Shown here piece after piece: positions 1-11,940 of a DNA stretch of 64,000 bases (within the stretch, counting starts at the first letter, position 1; each line of letters begins with the position of its first letter). Below the pieces are notes generated by a model. The model ran no database searches. It worked only from the letters and a program-made list of their open reading frames with translations, and was not told the DNA's origin. The stretch is from Raillietiella orientalis (lineage: Eukaryota), in the NCBI GenBank assembly GCA_036172245.1, contig JAYWIR010000017.1, positions 1,984,001-2,048,000 of the forward strand. Direction: 5' to 3'. The translations under genes were made by a program, and so were the position numbers.

Positions 1-1919
1 ATGGAATAAGAGATAAAAGAAGTACTTCTTTATACCACTGAAAATCGGAAAAGTTAAGCAAGTTTGAAGAGCAGAAGGATTGTATTGTATGATGCCTCCA
101 TATCACCCACTTATCATGAGATAGAGAGGATTCCCTTGCTCATTTCCACAAGTGGTATGAGGATGCTTTGTGTGTTGAGTAAAGAATTTGCAGTGCGGCA
201 ACTGCTAAAGAACGTGAAACTACTTCTTTGTTTCCAAAAGTTCCCAATAAAGAAAAGAAACATGGAGAAAAGAACTTCATGAAAGAGTCTGAAGGTAGAG
301 AAGAATGAAGTAGCTATTGGCTGCGCAATGGCCCACGTCAAGCACGTTTGCGATGGAAAGGGACTCTTATAGCTCCCCATCTGACTCGCATTATGGAAAA
401 CTGAAACGCTATTGTAGAAGAGTGAAGCAGTGCCATCTGCGGATCACTGATCTCATGCTTTCTGCAACTTCGTTTTGTAAATTGCAAACTATGGTACTGT
501 ACTGTGGTTTCATATCTTTCTGAAATCACTGCATCTTACAGATTCAGGCTGATGAAATGCCCTCAAGGGCTTTCATTGTCAACGACGAATGGCTGACTGA
601 GGAGTGTGCCGAGCTGTGGTCTGCACCGTTGAATACCCGGCCACCTTATTAATGCTCCTAGCAATCTGCCGAGTGAACGACGAAGATGAGACTCTCTTCT
701 GTTTGAAATTTGGTTCACGGATTCAATCTCCGGCATTCGCATCTTCCTTTTTAGCTCTTCATAAGTTTCCATTTGACGCTTCCATGTGTTTCGGTTGCCT
801 AAGATTGTTTGGATGAAATTCTTCTCTGCTTTCCTTTCATCTGGTTTGCTGCCTCCGATTATTTTGGATTCTCATCCTCGTTTTGTTTTCCGCTGTCAAT
901 TACAGCTCCCGACTGTGCTTTTCCTTGTAAGATTGTTAATCGTGCAAGACTGGAAGTGAGATTTTGCAGTTTCATGGCAAAAGAAGGAAAGGAAAAAGCT
1001 GCCTTTAGATGAACCGCGCAAAGTTGCTGCATCCCTGTTTCGGATGTGTGGCTCCCCACGCAGTTTGCCCATCCAGAATGAGTGCAAAGTTGGAGGCGAA
1101 GGCATGGTATGACGCTCTCACTTGCCTACTGGTAACAGGAAAATCTTCCTTCCCAGTCTCTAAAGAAAGGGTGTCGTGCAATGAAGATGATTCAGATGAT
1201 GCAACTTATCCAGAAAGTGAGTTGTGAAAAAAAGATAAGAGCATTTCGAGGTTAGCAACAAGTATACAGCTGCGGAAGTCTTTTTTCTTTTTTTGTTATG
1301 GTGAGAACGAGACATGACAAAATGGGTTCGTTTTCATGGAGCATTGGGAGTCCTTTGCTTCTGGAGAAGAAAGAATTACGTTGCATTTTCTTTCATATGT
1401 GATCGTAAGAAAACAATGAAAACTTGTATGGATTAAGAGCGAGATGCAAACAATCTCTCCTAGTGAACCAGAGAAGCAGAGCACTCATGTTGACGATTGC
1501 TCTCCGCTGCCACTTCATTCACACTCGTCAGTGGAACGACAAATCGAGATGGGAAGACTGATTCGGGATCTTGGAGATTAAAAGCAGTGAAGCGGAGTTC
1601 AAGACGAACAAAGTTAACGACCACAGTGCTGTGACATTTGTTTTTGTTTCGTTACTTTCCTTCTTTCTGTCTTCCCTCTGGGTGTCTTTGAGAAATCCTG
1701 GATCTGGAGATCCAAACTACACCTCTATGGCAGGGTGAACTACCTCCCTTCCAAGTCCGAACCTCTTGATGTGCCCATATGAGAGCACTAGAAATCACTT
1801 TCCAAAGAATGAATGAACCAATGTTTTTTTGTTGATCCTCAATCATTAGTCTCCTTCTCAGAGTAAAGGCAGCTCAAACGATCCTTCAATAGTCTAATAC
1901 CACACAAAAGCGATTCTAA

Positions 1920-2330
1920 TTATGAAAGTGATTTCTCAATGATGTAAACACTCATCTGTGCTATTCAGTGTGTACATGGTTCATATGTGGTGTCCGATTT
2001 TCTAAGATTCCAGCTGATGTCTTTAGTAATCCATTTTGAGATGATGATGGCAGATACCAAGAGCTCATGGTGATCAAAAGTGTGAATTTTGTTAGCAAAA
2101 ATCTCTGATGACGTTTAGATACACACATGCGGTGATTCTTTACGCAATTCATGCCCGATTGTAACACGAAACTGTGTTTATTATTATTCCTGCTACCGTT
2201 ATTATGGATTACTATCACGTGAAAGCATTGATTGCCATAGGATAAAAGGCGATCAAAGCTGATGGGAAGGTTGAAAAAGTCCGGAAGCAGGGATGTGCGT
2301 TTCATAAGACACATTTCTGGAATGCAAATG
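1920..2330 (+). mobile_element. Decayed Ty3/Gypsy RT-connection / RNase H fragment
   Basis: Colinear degenerate motifs: ESDFSMM*TLI (~AF..LK..L), ccgattttctaag (~PDFSK, 1994-2006), ADVF (~TDAS), KSVNFVSKNL (~PVAF.SK.L), HVKAL (~DHKAL), GRL...RFIRHISG (~F.I.HI.G). Stops and frameshifts present. Matched by eye. Confidence 0.5.
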
Positions 2331-2689
2331 CAAGGAGTCGTGATTACGTGAGTGTTATATCACAAGGAAAGCAGGCCTTATAACGATGACAGATTGATCC
2401 TTATTGGATTATTCATGGAGGAAAACACTTGACACTTGACGGGCTTACATCGTTCTGGAGCAAGTTGGGTCATTTGGCCTTAAAAAAAGGTGCATTTCTG
2501 ACATCCTTACATTAGATTACATTCGCATAACTTTAAGGAACGGTTCGTATGCGTCTGGAGCAGTTAAACAATTTACCAAAGGATATTCCTGGCAATTTCA
2601 CTAATCTGAGCTGGAAAAACAGCAGTGCCCTAGCATGATTACGAATTTTTAAGACCGCCATTAATATGATTATCAACAAGCTATTTATG

Positions 2690-3405
2690 TTCCCAATTCG
2701 TAAAATTCGTGAAAACTTTCGAGCAGATCTAACTCTAAATGACGAGTGAACTCCAAGAAGAATCAACTCCAACATGTACTGTCACTTCTACCATTTTCTC
2801 ATGTACAAGCATTGTCATTTCAAGATTTACATAGTCAGAATTGAATATGCATGTATACATATGAATAAACATATCAATATGTGTGTATTCATATCCATAG
2901 TTATGTAAGGATACGAATAAATATGTATTTGAGGATGTTAATATGCACATAGATGTAGATACATGTATTTAAATGCGTATATGTGTATATGTGCGCATAA
3001 ATAAATACACATATACATGTGAATCTGTATGCACATTTTTGTATCAGAATATTTATTTTTATATGAAGATGTATGCATGATTACTGACATTCGTCATTAA
3101 AGTCACAGTATATTCATATCTCTAGTGTATATATCCATTGATTGTAATATATTTACAGGAAGAGAAAATATGTGTACTTTTATCCGAACGTATATCTATG
3201 GATTTCAGGGTACACTTAATATGAGATCAGAATATACATGTCAACACCCACTTTAACAGATTTGATGCTGATGTTGTTATATATAGTGATACGAATGCAT
3301 TCATCTTGATGCGAATCTACATGTATCTATTGATATGAATTCCTAATTTATAAAATTCGTAAAAAAAACTTTTGAGCAGATCTAAATATAAATGACGGGT
3401 GAACT
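2690..3405. repeat. Direct repeat pair of ~63 bp (2690-2752 and 3340-3405) flanking an AT-rich segment
   Basis: taaaattcgt..aaaacttt.gagcagatctaa.t.taaatgacg.gtgaact is present at both positions. Confidence 0.85.
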
Positions 3406-4080
3406 TCTGCAAGCTTTTAGTTAGCAAAGACGGGAAAACTTTTTCCATTTATCTCTGAACTGCTTACGTTTTTACAAGTTGCTCTTCATTGGACAAGAAT
3501 TTATACACGAATCAAGAATTCACTAAAACTGTTCAATTGAAATGGCAAATCAGCAAATTCTCGAATAACCAGGTATTGAAAAAAAATGAAATTGCAAGTT
3601 TTCCAAAAGCGAAGTATTTAACAAGACTGTTCCCTTGACAACGTCATGGTCATAATGATATTCTAGCACGGGTCTGGTTCAAACCCCCAAAGCCGAAACT
3701 CCTAACCATCAGAAGGCCGATCACAAAAGACATACATTTATCCATATATCAATCTTTATTTGAATATATATATGAATATGCATTTATTTTTTGGAATCCT
3801 CACAATGTATATTAATTTAATATACACATATATATATATTAATCTATGTGATATATATTATGAATATATATATAATAAGCATAGCTCTTATTTTTTATGA
3901 TCTTTAATATATATATATATATATGAACAATATAGTATACAACTTATTAATTTTATCAATAAAATGTTTGTCACTGAATCTTGATGAATACATCTATTCT
4001 AATAATAGTACTGTGAATAAGATATATGTTAATGAATATGTATAACTATGCATATTAAAATAAATTTGTATTAATCGATG
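2790..4080. repeat. AT-rich low-complexity region with degenerate (TA)n / TATG repeats
   Basis: Runs such as atatatatatatatat around 3765-3925 and tatgtg/tacat motifs around 2850-3030. Confidence 0.85.
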
Positions 4081-4539
4081 AAGAATAAGCACATATTTAT
4101 GATCGTTCGGGATTCTGATTACTCGAGATTTTATGGCCGTTGTACTTTGAGCACAGCTGTGATCTCATTAAGCTTTCTCGCAAGTCTTCCCAATCGATCT
4201 CAGCTCTGCTTAAGGAAATGCAAGGGAGAAACAGTGGGAAGGATGACGCCCTTCCATTCTCAACCACCACATATTTAGCTACGTGCTTCCGAAACAGTGG
4301 CCATATTTCAAGAGATGTCCCCAGCCGTCAAACGGAAGACAAATGTACAGTAGCATTCTATTCGAGGAAGGGGTTCCAAGAAACTCCCGAATGTTGATCA
4401 AAGTACTGAAGACAAGGGTGAGGATTGCTCAGATTTGAACTCAAAGTAGGCACTTCCGATTTTTGCAGACCCCCCCCCCAAAAAAAAACAACAACAACAA
4501 CAACTAAATCCTTCTTTATTTCTAAGGGTTAAAGGGGTG

Positions 4540-5420
4540 CATCGGAAACACGGCGACTTTCCTGATTTTTGTTTGCATACACAATGCTGCAGCCAAGTGT
4601 CTAAATGCTGCAAAGTAAGGTATTGGATACCTCAAGAAAAACAGACTCGATTTTCTTCTCAAACCTTTGGGATAGCTCGTTTGCAGCGGGTTGTTCCGCT
4701 GTCTTCTTTAGCTTTGCACCGAGACCGTCTCCAATTCCGAGAGCAGAATCTCGTACGAAGAATTAAGGAGACGTTCAGTCAGGTTCACAAAAGGAGGTGC
4801 TAACGCTATCCATGTACTCAGGTAGATAGAAACATTGATTGATGGAGAAAGATGGACTTCGTCATCAATGGCAACATGCTGAGCTGGAAGGATACAAATG
4901 CTGTTTCCGGCAGCTGTTTCATAAAGCTGAACGTACCGAAAAGAAGAATGACGGTACTTTGGTATGATACTAACCATCAACTGGAGAAGCGGTCTCTTTT
5001 CATGTTTTATGCAAATAGGCAATTTAGTTGGAAAACAAACAGAACAAAGCATATGCAAACTGTTAATGTGCATCATGACAAGAAAACTATGTTTTCTTTT
5101 CAGTGCATCTTTTGGACGCTGAAAAAACATCACCACGGAAAGCAAATTTCTCTCAGTCAAATAAGGACTTAGAAATAAGATAGCACATTATCTATTCTCA
5201 GACAAAATGAGACCCTAGAAAGCCTTACATGACGTCTCCCTGTTTCTCAGGTTTTAGGGAGCTTTACCATATTATACATTCTCGCAAAAGAGATCAGTTA
5301 AAAGATCAACTATCAAAGATCAATTCCCTCGAAATCGCGGATTCGAGCACACTCTCGTTGAGTGTGAAACATATGAAATCACAATCAAATATTCCAAATG
5401 AAGAATTTTACGAGGGACGA
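4540..5420 (+). mobile_element. Decayed pogo-like DDE transposase
   Basis: One frame, 4537-5172, with two internal stops: RFSSQTFGIARLQRVVPLS (~F.AS.GW..RF..R..LS), FSQVHKRRC*RYPCTQVDRNID (~F...V......Y...QI.NMDE), KRRMTVL...EK. The next ORF has FSGFRE...DQLKDQLSKIN.LEIADSSTLSL...SNIP (~DSF..H...VK..L...N...IPGG.T..L...NKP). Confidence 0.55.
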
Positions 5421-7301
5421 GATGAACTTTGTGAATTTCGCATTGCAAAGTTTTACTCTCATTCTTGCGTCCAATGAAACTCCCTAGAGATTGCAGCATT
5501 CGAGTCCACTCACAGAATCACCACTCTGTTCCAAAAATACCATACACAAGCATTTGCAAATTACTATTCAAGAAACGCTTTGGTCCTCGGCAGCAGAATA
5601 TAAGCAAAGACAGAATCCTAAACATGCAATGAAATGCGGTTAGCTGCTGCTTATACACCCATAGTTTGTCTTGAAGATTTAGTTATACAAATAAAAGGTA
5701 TAAACTGTTTATATGAATAGTTCACCGCAGTTCGAAACCTACAACATGGGGAGGCTTTGACCACGATGCACACAGCTGAAGTGCCCATCACAAGTACTGA
5801 TACACCGGACTTCAAACGAAGTTTCAGGAGATTTCGGCAGCATCAGATTTTTCTTAGCTCGCAGCATGTTAGCATGGAAGCCAAGATGTGATTCACTTGC
5901 CTGGATCCAATTCATGGTAGAAAATGACTCTTAAGACAGAATAATGTAACGTATACCAACTGTAGCTCCAAGGGATACTCTATGTTCCAATTTCAATTAA
6001 ACGAGTAGTTCTCAATTACTCATTAATGAAAATGTCTTAAAACGGTTGATTTCTAGAATTTCCTGAAATTCTTGATCGCTTTCGATTTCTCACTCATATT
6101 GCATGGAACACGAAATTGGTTGATGCGAAATGAATGATTGCGGAAGTCGACTCCGCGTAAGATAAAGTTCACAACGATTAAAGTTCCAGCTTTACACTTT
6201 CACATATGCAAATCCACTATTTCTTTGCACATCTACTGCCTACAGAGTTCCTTGCTAATTTTGAAGCAACTTCTACGGAATTTCATGATGCTCTTGTAAC
6301 ACTCCCTCAACTGAGAAAGCAGTTTCACTTTTGTTACCTTGAGACCCACAGAAGGTACACATCACTGTTCAATTAAACATCACCAATAAGAACGGTCCTA
6401 TATTGATCTAGTAATGCATATGGATGAAAGTTCTTTTGAATGCTTTCATAGAAAGCACACAAGAAAAGGGTTCAGTTTATTTTGATGAAAGGTTGATTTT
6501 TCCCATCAATACAGACGTTTCGTTGTTCGATAATGGTATTTCAGTCTTATACTTTTAACCTGCACAAGGAACGTGAACATTTATCATAATGCACATTATT
6601 ATAAATGTGCGATGACCCTATGAAAACAAACGACGCGGTCGAAAATTTGTGTACATTTTGAGATCAAATTTCAAGCGAGATAATGCACAAAGTTTACTAC
6701 ATCAGATCTGTCTGTATCGTAAGCGCAAATGAGACTGTGCGTTCAGTCCAGTTTCCCAGCTTCGAAAGTAACTTGGTTTATGACACACTTGGAAACGCAT
6801 GGTGAAAGGCAGCCTAATGAAAACGTTGTTAAAACTTTCTAAAATGTCACTTTCCATTTCTTTTAACTTCTCACTGCGATGGCAAACAGTACGCGAGGAC
6901 CGACAGCTAAAGCTGCGCCATCTCTCGAGGAAACTTACAACAAACTTAGTTTTCCGAAGTTTCGTGTATGCGCAAGCATCGTTTCTTTCGGGGGGGAAAG
7001 GCAGGCATTCATCTAAATTACAATAATGATTGAACATAATTCAAAAATGTGTATTTCAAAATAGATGGTAGGATTCACCATCTAGATGTATGACTAGAAC
7101 TTCCAACGATGAAGTACAACAAAAACACTTAACTGTTCTCACAGATTTCGTAAAATGCTTAAAAATATTCTTCTTATATCATTCCATTCTTCTATCACAT
7201 ATCGCGGATTTTCTATTATCCTAAGTATCACAGAAAAAAGTTTATAAATCTGGTGGTCCCCTGGAGCAGCTATTGAAGTCTATTCCAGATGAAGGGAGAA
7301 T

Positions 7302-7470
7302 CTAGTGGATTTCCTTTTGGAGTATATGAACAAGATCAGAACGATTCATAGTTTTCAAGGCTTCCATCAACGAGTGTAGAGCGTAGACGGGGCTGGTATA
7401 ACGGCATTCCCAGAAGTTGAGAATTTCTTTGCATGGATTCGGCTTCGTTGCGAAGTAACTGACGGCTTTG
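7302..7470 (-). CDS. unc-5: UNC-5 last coding exon, death domain C-terminal part; stop TAG at 7304-7302
   Basis: Follows a 51-nt intron. Translation SKAVSYFATKPNPCKEILNFWECRYTSPVYALHSLMEALKTMNRSDLVHILQKEIH* (cf. UNC5 YFATK..P...IL..WE). Confidence 0.93.
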
Positions 7471-7521
7471 CTAGGGACAAACAGAAAGACATCTCACCCA
7501 ACATCAATCTGATCAATTCAC

Positions 7522-7694
7522 CTGTCTATGTACAGTGCCTTGGCCAACAGTCTCCACTCGTTTGTCACGGAACTAGGTAGGTCGAGATGCTGGCTTATAA
7601 TGTTCTTTATGAATGAGGGAAGTTTGCTGGGAGACTGCGTCTGGGATTCGGCAGTGTACAGACCGCTGCTCGATGAGGAAGGCCTCTCGATGAC
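7522..7694 (-). CDS. unc-5: UNC-5 death domain, N-terminal exon (phase 0-2, 173 nt)
   Basis: Acceptor ttcttgcttag, donor ag|gtgaat. Translation ...KLPSFIKNIISQHLDLPSSVTNEWRLLAKALYID matches the UNC5 death-domain LD.P....DWRLLA pattern. Confidence 0.92.
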
Positions 7695-7738
7695 CTAAGC
7701 AAGAAGTAGCATGGATTTTCCGCAGGAGAACCACTTGC

Positions 7739-7909
7739 GTTTTTGTTAAAGGTTGACAAGAACACGCTTTTCCCTTCTTTGTCTCGTCCTTTCTGATACA
7801 CCAGCAGGTGAGCTGGTCTTAAGGAACGGGATTCGGAGTCAAAACAGAACGTAAACGTCAATCCTTCCTCCGGGTGCCTTTCCTGCCAAACGTCTTGGAA
7901 CGGCAGCTC
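7739..7909 (-). CDS. unc-5: UNC-5 UPA domain, C-terminal exon (phase 0-0, 171 nt)
   Basis: Removing a 48-nt gtgcgt...ttcaag intron gives CQ|ELPFQDVW (cf. UNC5 QEIPF..IW), then HLLVYQKG. The exon end relies on a GC donor at 7738. Confidence 0.82.
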
Positions 7910-7957
7910 CTTGAAAAAGCTTCCATTTGGGGTCATTACATTTACGAAAATACGCAC

Positions 7958-8490
7958 TTGGCAATTTTGTTGTACACTGCACCCACTGGGGAGATCTTTT
8001 ACGAACATCACTACGTTGAAGCCACTGTCTTCAACCAACAAGGTCTTTGGTGTGTCCACCAAAACATATCCCAGGTGCTCCAGCTTCGATGATGCTTTTC
8101 GAAAAAAGGTGGATCCTTCTTTCATGCAAAACACCCGGACTCTGGAGACGTTTGACCCGTCGGTACTTTGGAAGGCCACGATGGTCATTCTTTTGACAGC
8201 GAACTGATGTGACAAAGACTCCCCCACAAGGCACAGTCCACTGAGTCTGTCGCACATGACGTAAGCAGTCATGTCGTCGACCTCGACAAAGAGGGGGCAG
8301 CCTCTCGGATACTCGTCCACGTACGAGAGGAGTTTCCACTTCGTTCCCGAGGGGTCGCTGTGGTACACGGCGATCTTCCAAGAATTTCGGGACAAGTCAG
8401 CACTGTGCTTAAAGAACAAGATGGCGGACTGATGGAGAATCAGTCCGTGCGGTTCGCACAGGATGACGGGACTGATAATCGTTTGATGAG
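7958..8490 (-). CDS. unc-5: UNC-5 ZU5 C-terminal part and UPA domain (phase 1-0, 533 nt)
   Basis: Follows a 46-nt intron. Translation PHQTIISPVILCEPHGLILHQSAILFFKHSA...W...CLVGES...AVKRMTIVAF...RVRVFC...QQNCQ. Confidence 0.92.
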
Positions 8491-8536
8491 CTGGAACATT
8501 GCGTGTCAGCAGGAGCGGTGAGCGTGGCAGACTTAC

Positions 8537-8761
8537 GATTGATAAACGGGTGCACAGTGTCCTCAGAAAGAAGTGATAAAAACACGTCTTGGGGTTTTTC
8601 GCTTGCTATCGTTCCTTCGGGAATGATCATGGACACGTCACAGTTCGAAGCCTTTACGCATCCTCCTGCATTCGAGATGCTTGCTTTGGACAGGGATAAG
8701 CGCTTCCCAAAGAAGGAATCCGCCGATCTTGAATTTTCCTCAGCAGAAGAGTCACAGAACG
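8537..8761 (-). CDS. unc-5: UNC-5 ZU5 domain, N-terminal part (phase 1-1, 225 nt)
   Basis: Follows a 52-nt GT-AG intron. Translation ...SISNAGGCVKASNCDVSMIIPEGTIASEKPQDVFLSLL (ZU5 GG...VS.IIP.G.I pattern); donor gtaagt. Confidence 0.92.
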
Positions 8762-8813
8762 CTATTGCAGCAAAGATATGAATCAGCCACCTCATGACTC
8801 GTAGGAAACGTAC

Positions 8814-9149
8814 AGCTGAGAAAGGAAGAGCTGGAAGCCGGCGTGGATCTGCACTCATTCGCTTTGCATTGCTTGGCAGGTAAACCGGTGGTCGGAACAA
8901 GCAGAGGGGTCTCGCATGCTTCCATGGAGAAATTGCAAACTGCTGGTAACCGGAGCTGAGGGTCGTCGTACAGATTGTCGCTGTCATGACAACGCGCCGC
9001 GTGCCAGGCATGGCAGTTGAAGAAGGCACTGCTGCTCAGATCCTTTTTTTTCTCTGCATGGGAGATTTTGGAGGTAACATTCTTGGTAATGTCAGGTTGA
9101 ACGTTATAAGAAGGCTTCTCTGGATCATCGCAGACACTCCTTTCGAATC
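8814..9149 (-). CDS. unc-5: UNC-5 juxtamembrane cytoplasmic exon (phase 1-1, 336 nt; possible upstream acceptor with exon from 9248)
   Basis: Acceptor tttgtttcag, donor gtacgt. Open frame GFERSVCDDPEKPSYNVQPDITKNV...DNLYDDPQ...SSSFLS; VQPDIT resembles the UNC5 QPDLT motif. Confidence 0.85.
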
Positions 9150-9248
9150 CTGAAACAAAGACTTGGTAAAGACAGCAACTCGAAGCGCAACTCCAGAAGC
9201 AAGGACGGCTTTCGAAACATCCGTTCTCAAGGATGGAGCTCCACAGAA
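9065..9248 (-). repeat. Inverted-repeat arm A (unc-5 intron end plus exon start); partner at 12599-12791
   Basis: Manual alignment: 184 aligned nt with 10 mismatches, plus 6-nt and 3-nt insertions in the partner. Confidence 0.97.
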
Positions 9249-9290
9249 CTTAGATCGTAAGAATTATATTAGCATTCTGAAGAGTATTAC

Positions 9291-9446
9291 CAGATATTCC
9301 TCTAGCTAGACTGTAACCAGGATTATTTCCATTCTTCTTCTTCAGGAATCTTAAGAAAACAACAAGCATGGATAAAAACAGCAAAATCGCAATTATGAGT
9401 CCACAGTAAAGTGCCACATCGGTGTGCATAGACTTCTGCGTGGTAG
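9291..9446 (-). CDS. unc-5: UNC-5 transmembrane exon (phase 1-1, 156 nt)
   Basis: Acceptor ttctctttcag, donor gtaata. Translation ATTQKSMHTDVALYCGLIIAILLFLSMLVVFLRFLKKKNGNNPGYSLARGIS: DVALY.G motif, hydrophobic helix and basic stop-transfer. Not in the ORF track; translated by hand. Confidence 0.92.
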
Positions 9447-11690
9447 CTGAAAGAGAAACATTTCAGTAACCGATCATTACAAGCATCCCACTTTACAAGA
9501 TCCTAAATATACGCTTTTGTAACAACGCCTAAAAGAAAAACGGTTTGACACTCATGTGATGTGATACAGAAGACGAGATAATCACAGAGTCTGAAAGGTG
9601 CTTTCAGCTATGCTCGTTTAATGTGCAATTCAAGGGAATTTTGTCCTTTGGTTCCCCCCTTCCCCTCCCCCGCTGTAGTAAACAAGAGCGAGCAACTGAT
9701 CTGTGAAGACGATAAAAGCATTCGCCATTTTGTTTCGTACTTTGAGGTCGAAGCGATTTCCCAAAAACCTCTATAATAAAAGAATTCGTATAATTACTTG
9801 GATGGAATGCGAAAATCACTGCACTCAGAGTTATCCAATCATTCTGAACAGAACCATTCAGATAATTGCCAAATAATCTCAAAAAGTTGACAGGAAACAA
9901 AATATCTGCCACATCTGCCTATCTGCAATGCGCCGTAAAGAAAAATGAAATGTAAAGAAGCATCCCACAGAGGTCATCCGAATTTCAGTTAGAAGAGTTC
10001 TGCTCTGGAACGGAACTACATTCGAAGGCATTTTTTTTTTTCCACACATTTCAAAATAATTGAAACCCACTAATTGGTTCACATCACAGCCATTCTGTGA
10101 AATTTCCTAATTTGCTGTTGAGAATTGTTCACAATTTCAAATTTATTTAATGACAAACGCAGATGCCATAGAGAAAGTTTCTAAACACCTGGAACATGAG
10201 TTTTTCAAGAATTCAGGAATCCGTATGTACTAAGCATACCAAAACAACTGGGAAGGTACAAATAAAATTTACGGCAACTTACAGCGTGCGAAACACGTGA
10301 CCGTTGAAGAAAATTTCCCGAGTTTCTAGTGATTTCACAATGCCGTATTTTATTTACTAGCTCATATATAAAAAAAAAAAAACGTATGGAGAAATGATTT
10401 TCCGTACAGTCTGCCACCAAAAGCACAATACAAGTACAGCAAATCTCTGATGGAAACAAATTAAATTGTTCTAGCACTAATTGTGTATTTTCGAATGTGG
10501 GAAACACCAGACCTCCTTTACATACGAGCCACAGAACGATGATGGCGTTAAAAAACCCGAAGTAGAAGATATTGGCATCATCATTACTGTCTTGTAAAAA
10601 TTCTAATCTGACTGCAATCATGTCTTTAGTTTCTGTATTTGCTCTACATAAAATGTGTGCTGCAGTATTAACATCACAAACTGGTTTCAAATGTCTGCAA
10701 ACTTCTGCACACATCAATTTTTGAAACACACTATGCACAGCATCTACGAAAGAGTTAACTGATTTTCAAGAGCGGAAGGTTCAGAATGTAGAGAGTCTCT
10801 TTGAAATAAAGGGTCAAAAATCAAGCAAAGGTACTGCTGGAGAGCTACTTTGTATGCTCGGGTGGTGATGCCGAAAGGATCTTTGACTATTGTGCTTTTA
10901 GGAATTGAAATCCAAGAATCTGCAAACTTTCCTAAGATTCCTGACCAAGTTTTCGCATACTTTGAACAGCTCAAAAAATGACTTTGAGTGAGATAATTAA
11001 AAGCAGAAATAACTGATTCGTAGAATGCAAATTCAAAACAATCACATACGCTGATCACAATCCATCATGCTGTTAACAGACTCAGTCTGCCCAACCACTT
11101 GAAAACCAAATGTTCTGTGGGTTCACATTTTGCAGACATTTTTTCCTGTCAGGAAGCAACAGCAGCAAGTAAGAGCAGGTAACTCCTTTTAATGTTAAAC
11201 AAACATAATGCTAATATTAGAAAGGAAATATATTCATTGATAATATGAATACACAGGTATATAAAATGGATGCATTTGCTCATTCAAAGATATGTGACAC
11301 GAAAACACACATGCTGTGAAGATCCACACACGAAAGTACCATAGCTACTAAAGCAAAGAAGCGTTTCATGCTTTTATGTGTGTACACTTGACAAGCACGT
11401 ACAATCAAAAAGATGAAGTTCGAGCAAAGATGTTTCCTTTCGAGTACAAGAAATCAACTTGATCTACTCTTTCAGATGGACCAAACACCAACTTTTCAAC
11501 GGTTTACAAAAGCAGAAGAGCACGATGCAAAAGAATGCTTAACTTCAATCTACTTTTGTCACATTTACGGAAACAGGCTTACCTTCCAATATAGAAGTTC
11601 CAGATGCATAAATCAACAGAGACTCAAGATCTACAAGGAATGTTTGTTTTTTTTTAAATTTTTTATTTGGAATTAAAAAAATTATCCTAC

Positions 11691-11861
11691 CTTCGCCTTT
11701 TTTACAGAAATCCCCCGTGCAGTTTCGTGTAAGGATATCAGGACCTTGGCACGACATTCCTCCGTTAGCTGGTACTGGATTGCTACAGGAGCGAGTCTGA
11801 CTTTGCCTGCAGTCAGGAGCGCAGGCAGACCAAGATGACCAAGAAGTCCAGCCACCATTCT
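11691..11861 (-). CDS. unc-5: UNC-5 second thrombospondin type-1 repeat exon (phase 1-1; 171 nt, or 174 nt from 11864)
   Basis: Tandem acceptor tttCAGCAG, donor gtagga. Translation NGGWTSWSSWSACAPDCRQSQTRSCSNPVPANGGMSCQGPDILTRNCTGDFCKKGE. Confidence 0.95.
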
Positions 11862-11940
11862 CTGCTGAAAAGCATTTAACGGTGCAACGAAATTGCAAAA
11901 AGTTTCTTCGTTTTCCTATGTAATCTCAAGAGGTACCTAC

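Noticed and set aside
60..135. Tc1/IS630-like PPYHP..YHEIE motif
   Set aside because: Needs two compensating frameshifts within 30 nt and has no supporting motifs nearby.
3660..3725. tRNA/SINE-like A- and B-box resemblance
   Set aside because: No cloverleaf can be folded and the box spacing is poor. No tRNA, rRNA or snRNA gene was recognised anywhere in the window.
6476..6481. AATAAA on the minus strand ~820 nt after the unc-5 stop
   Set aside because: Plausible polyadenylation signal, but indistinguishable from chance in AT-rich DNA without 3'-end data.
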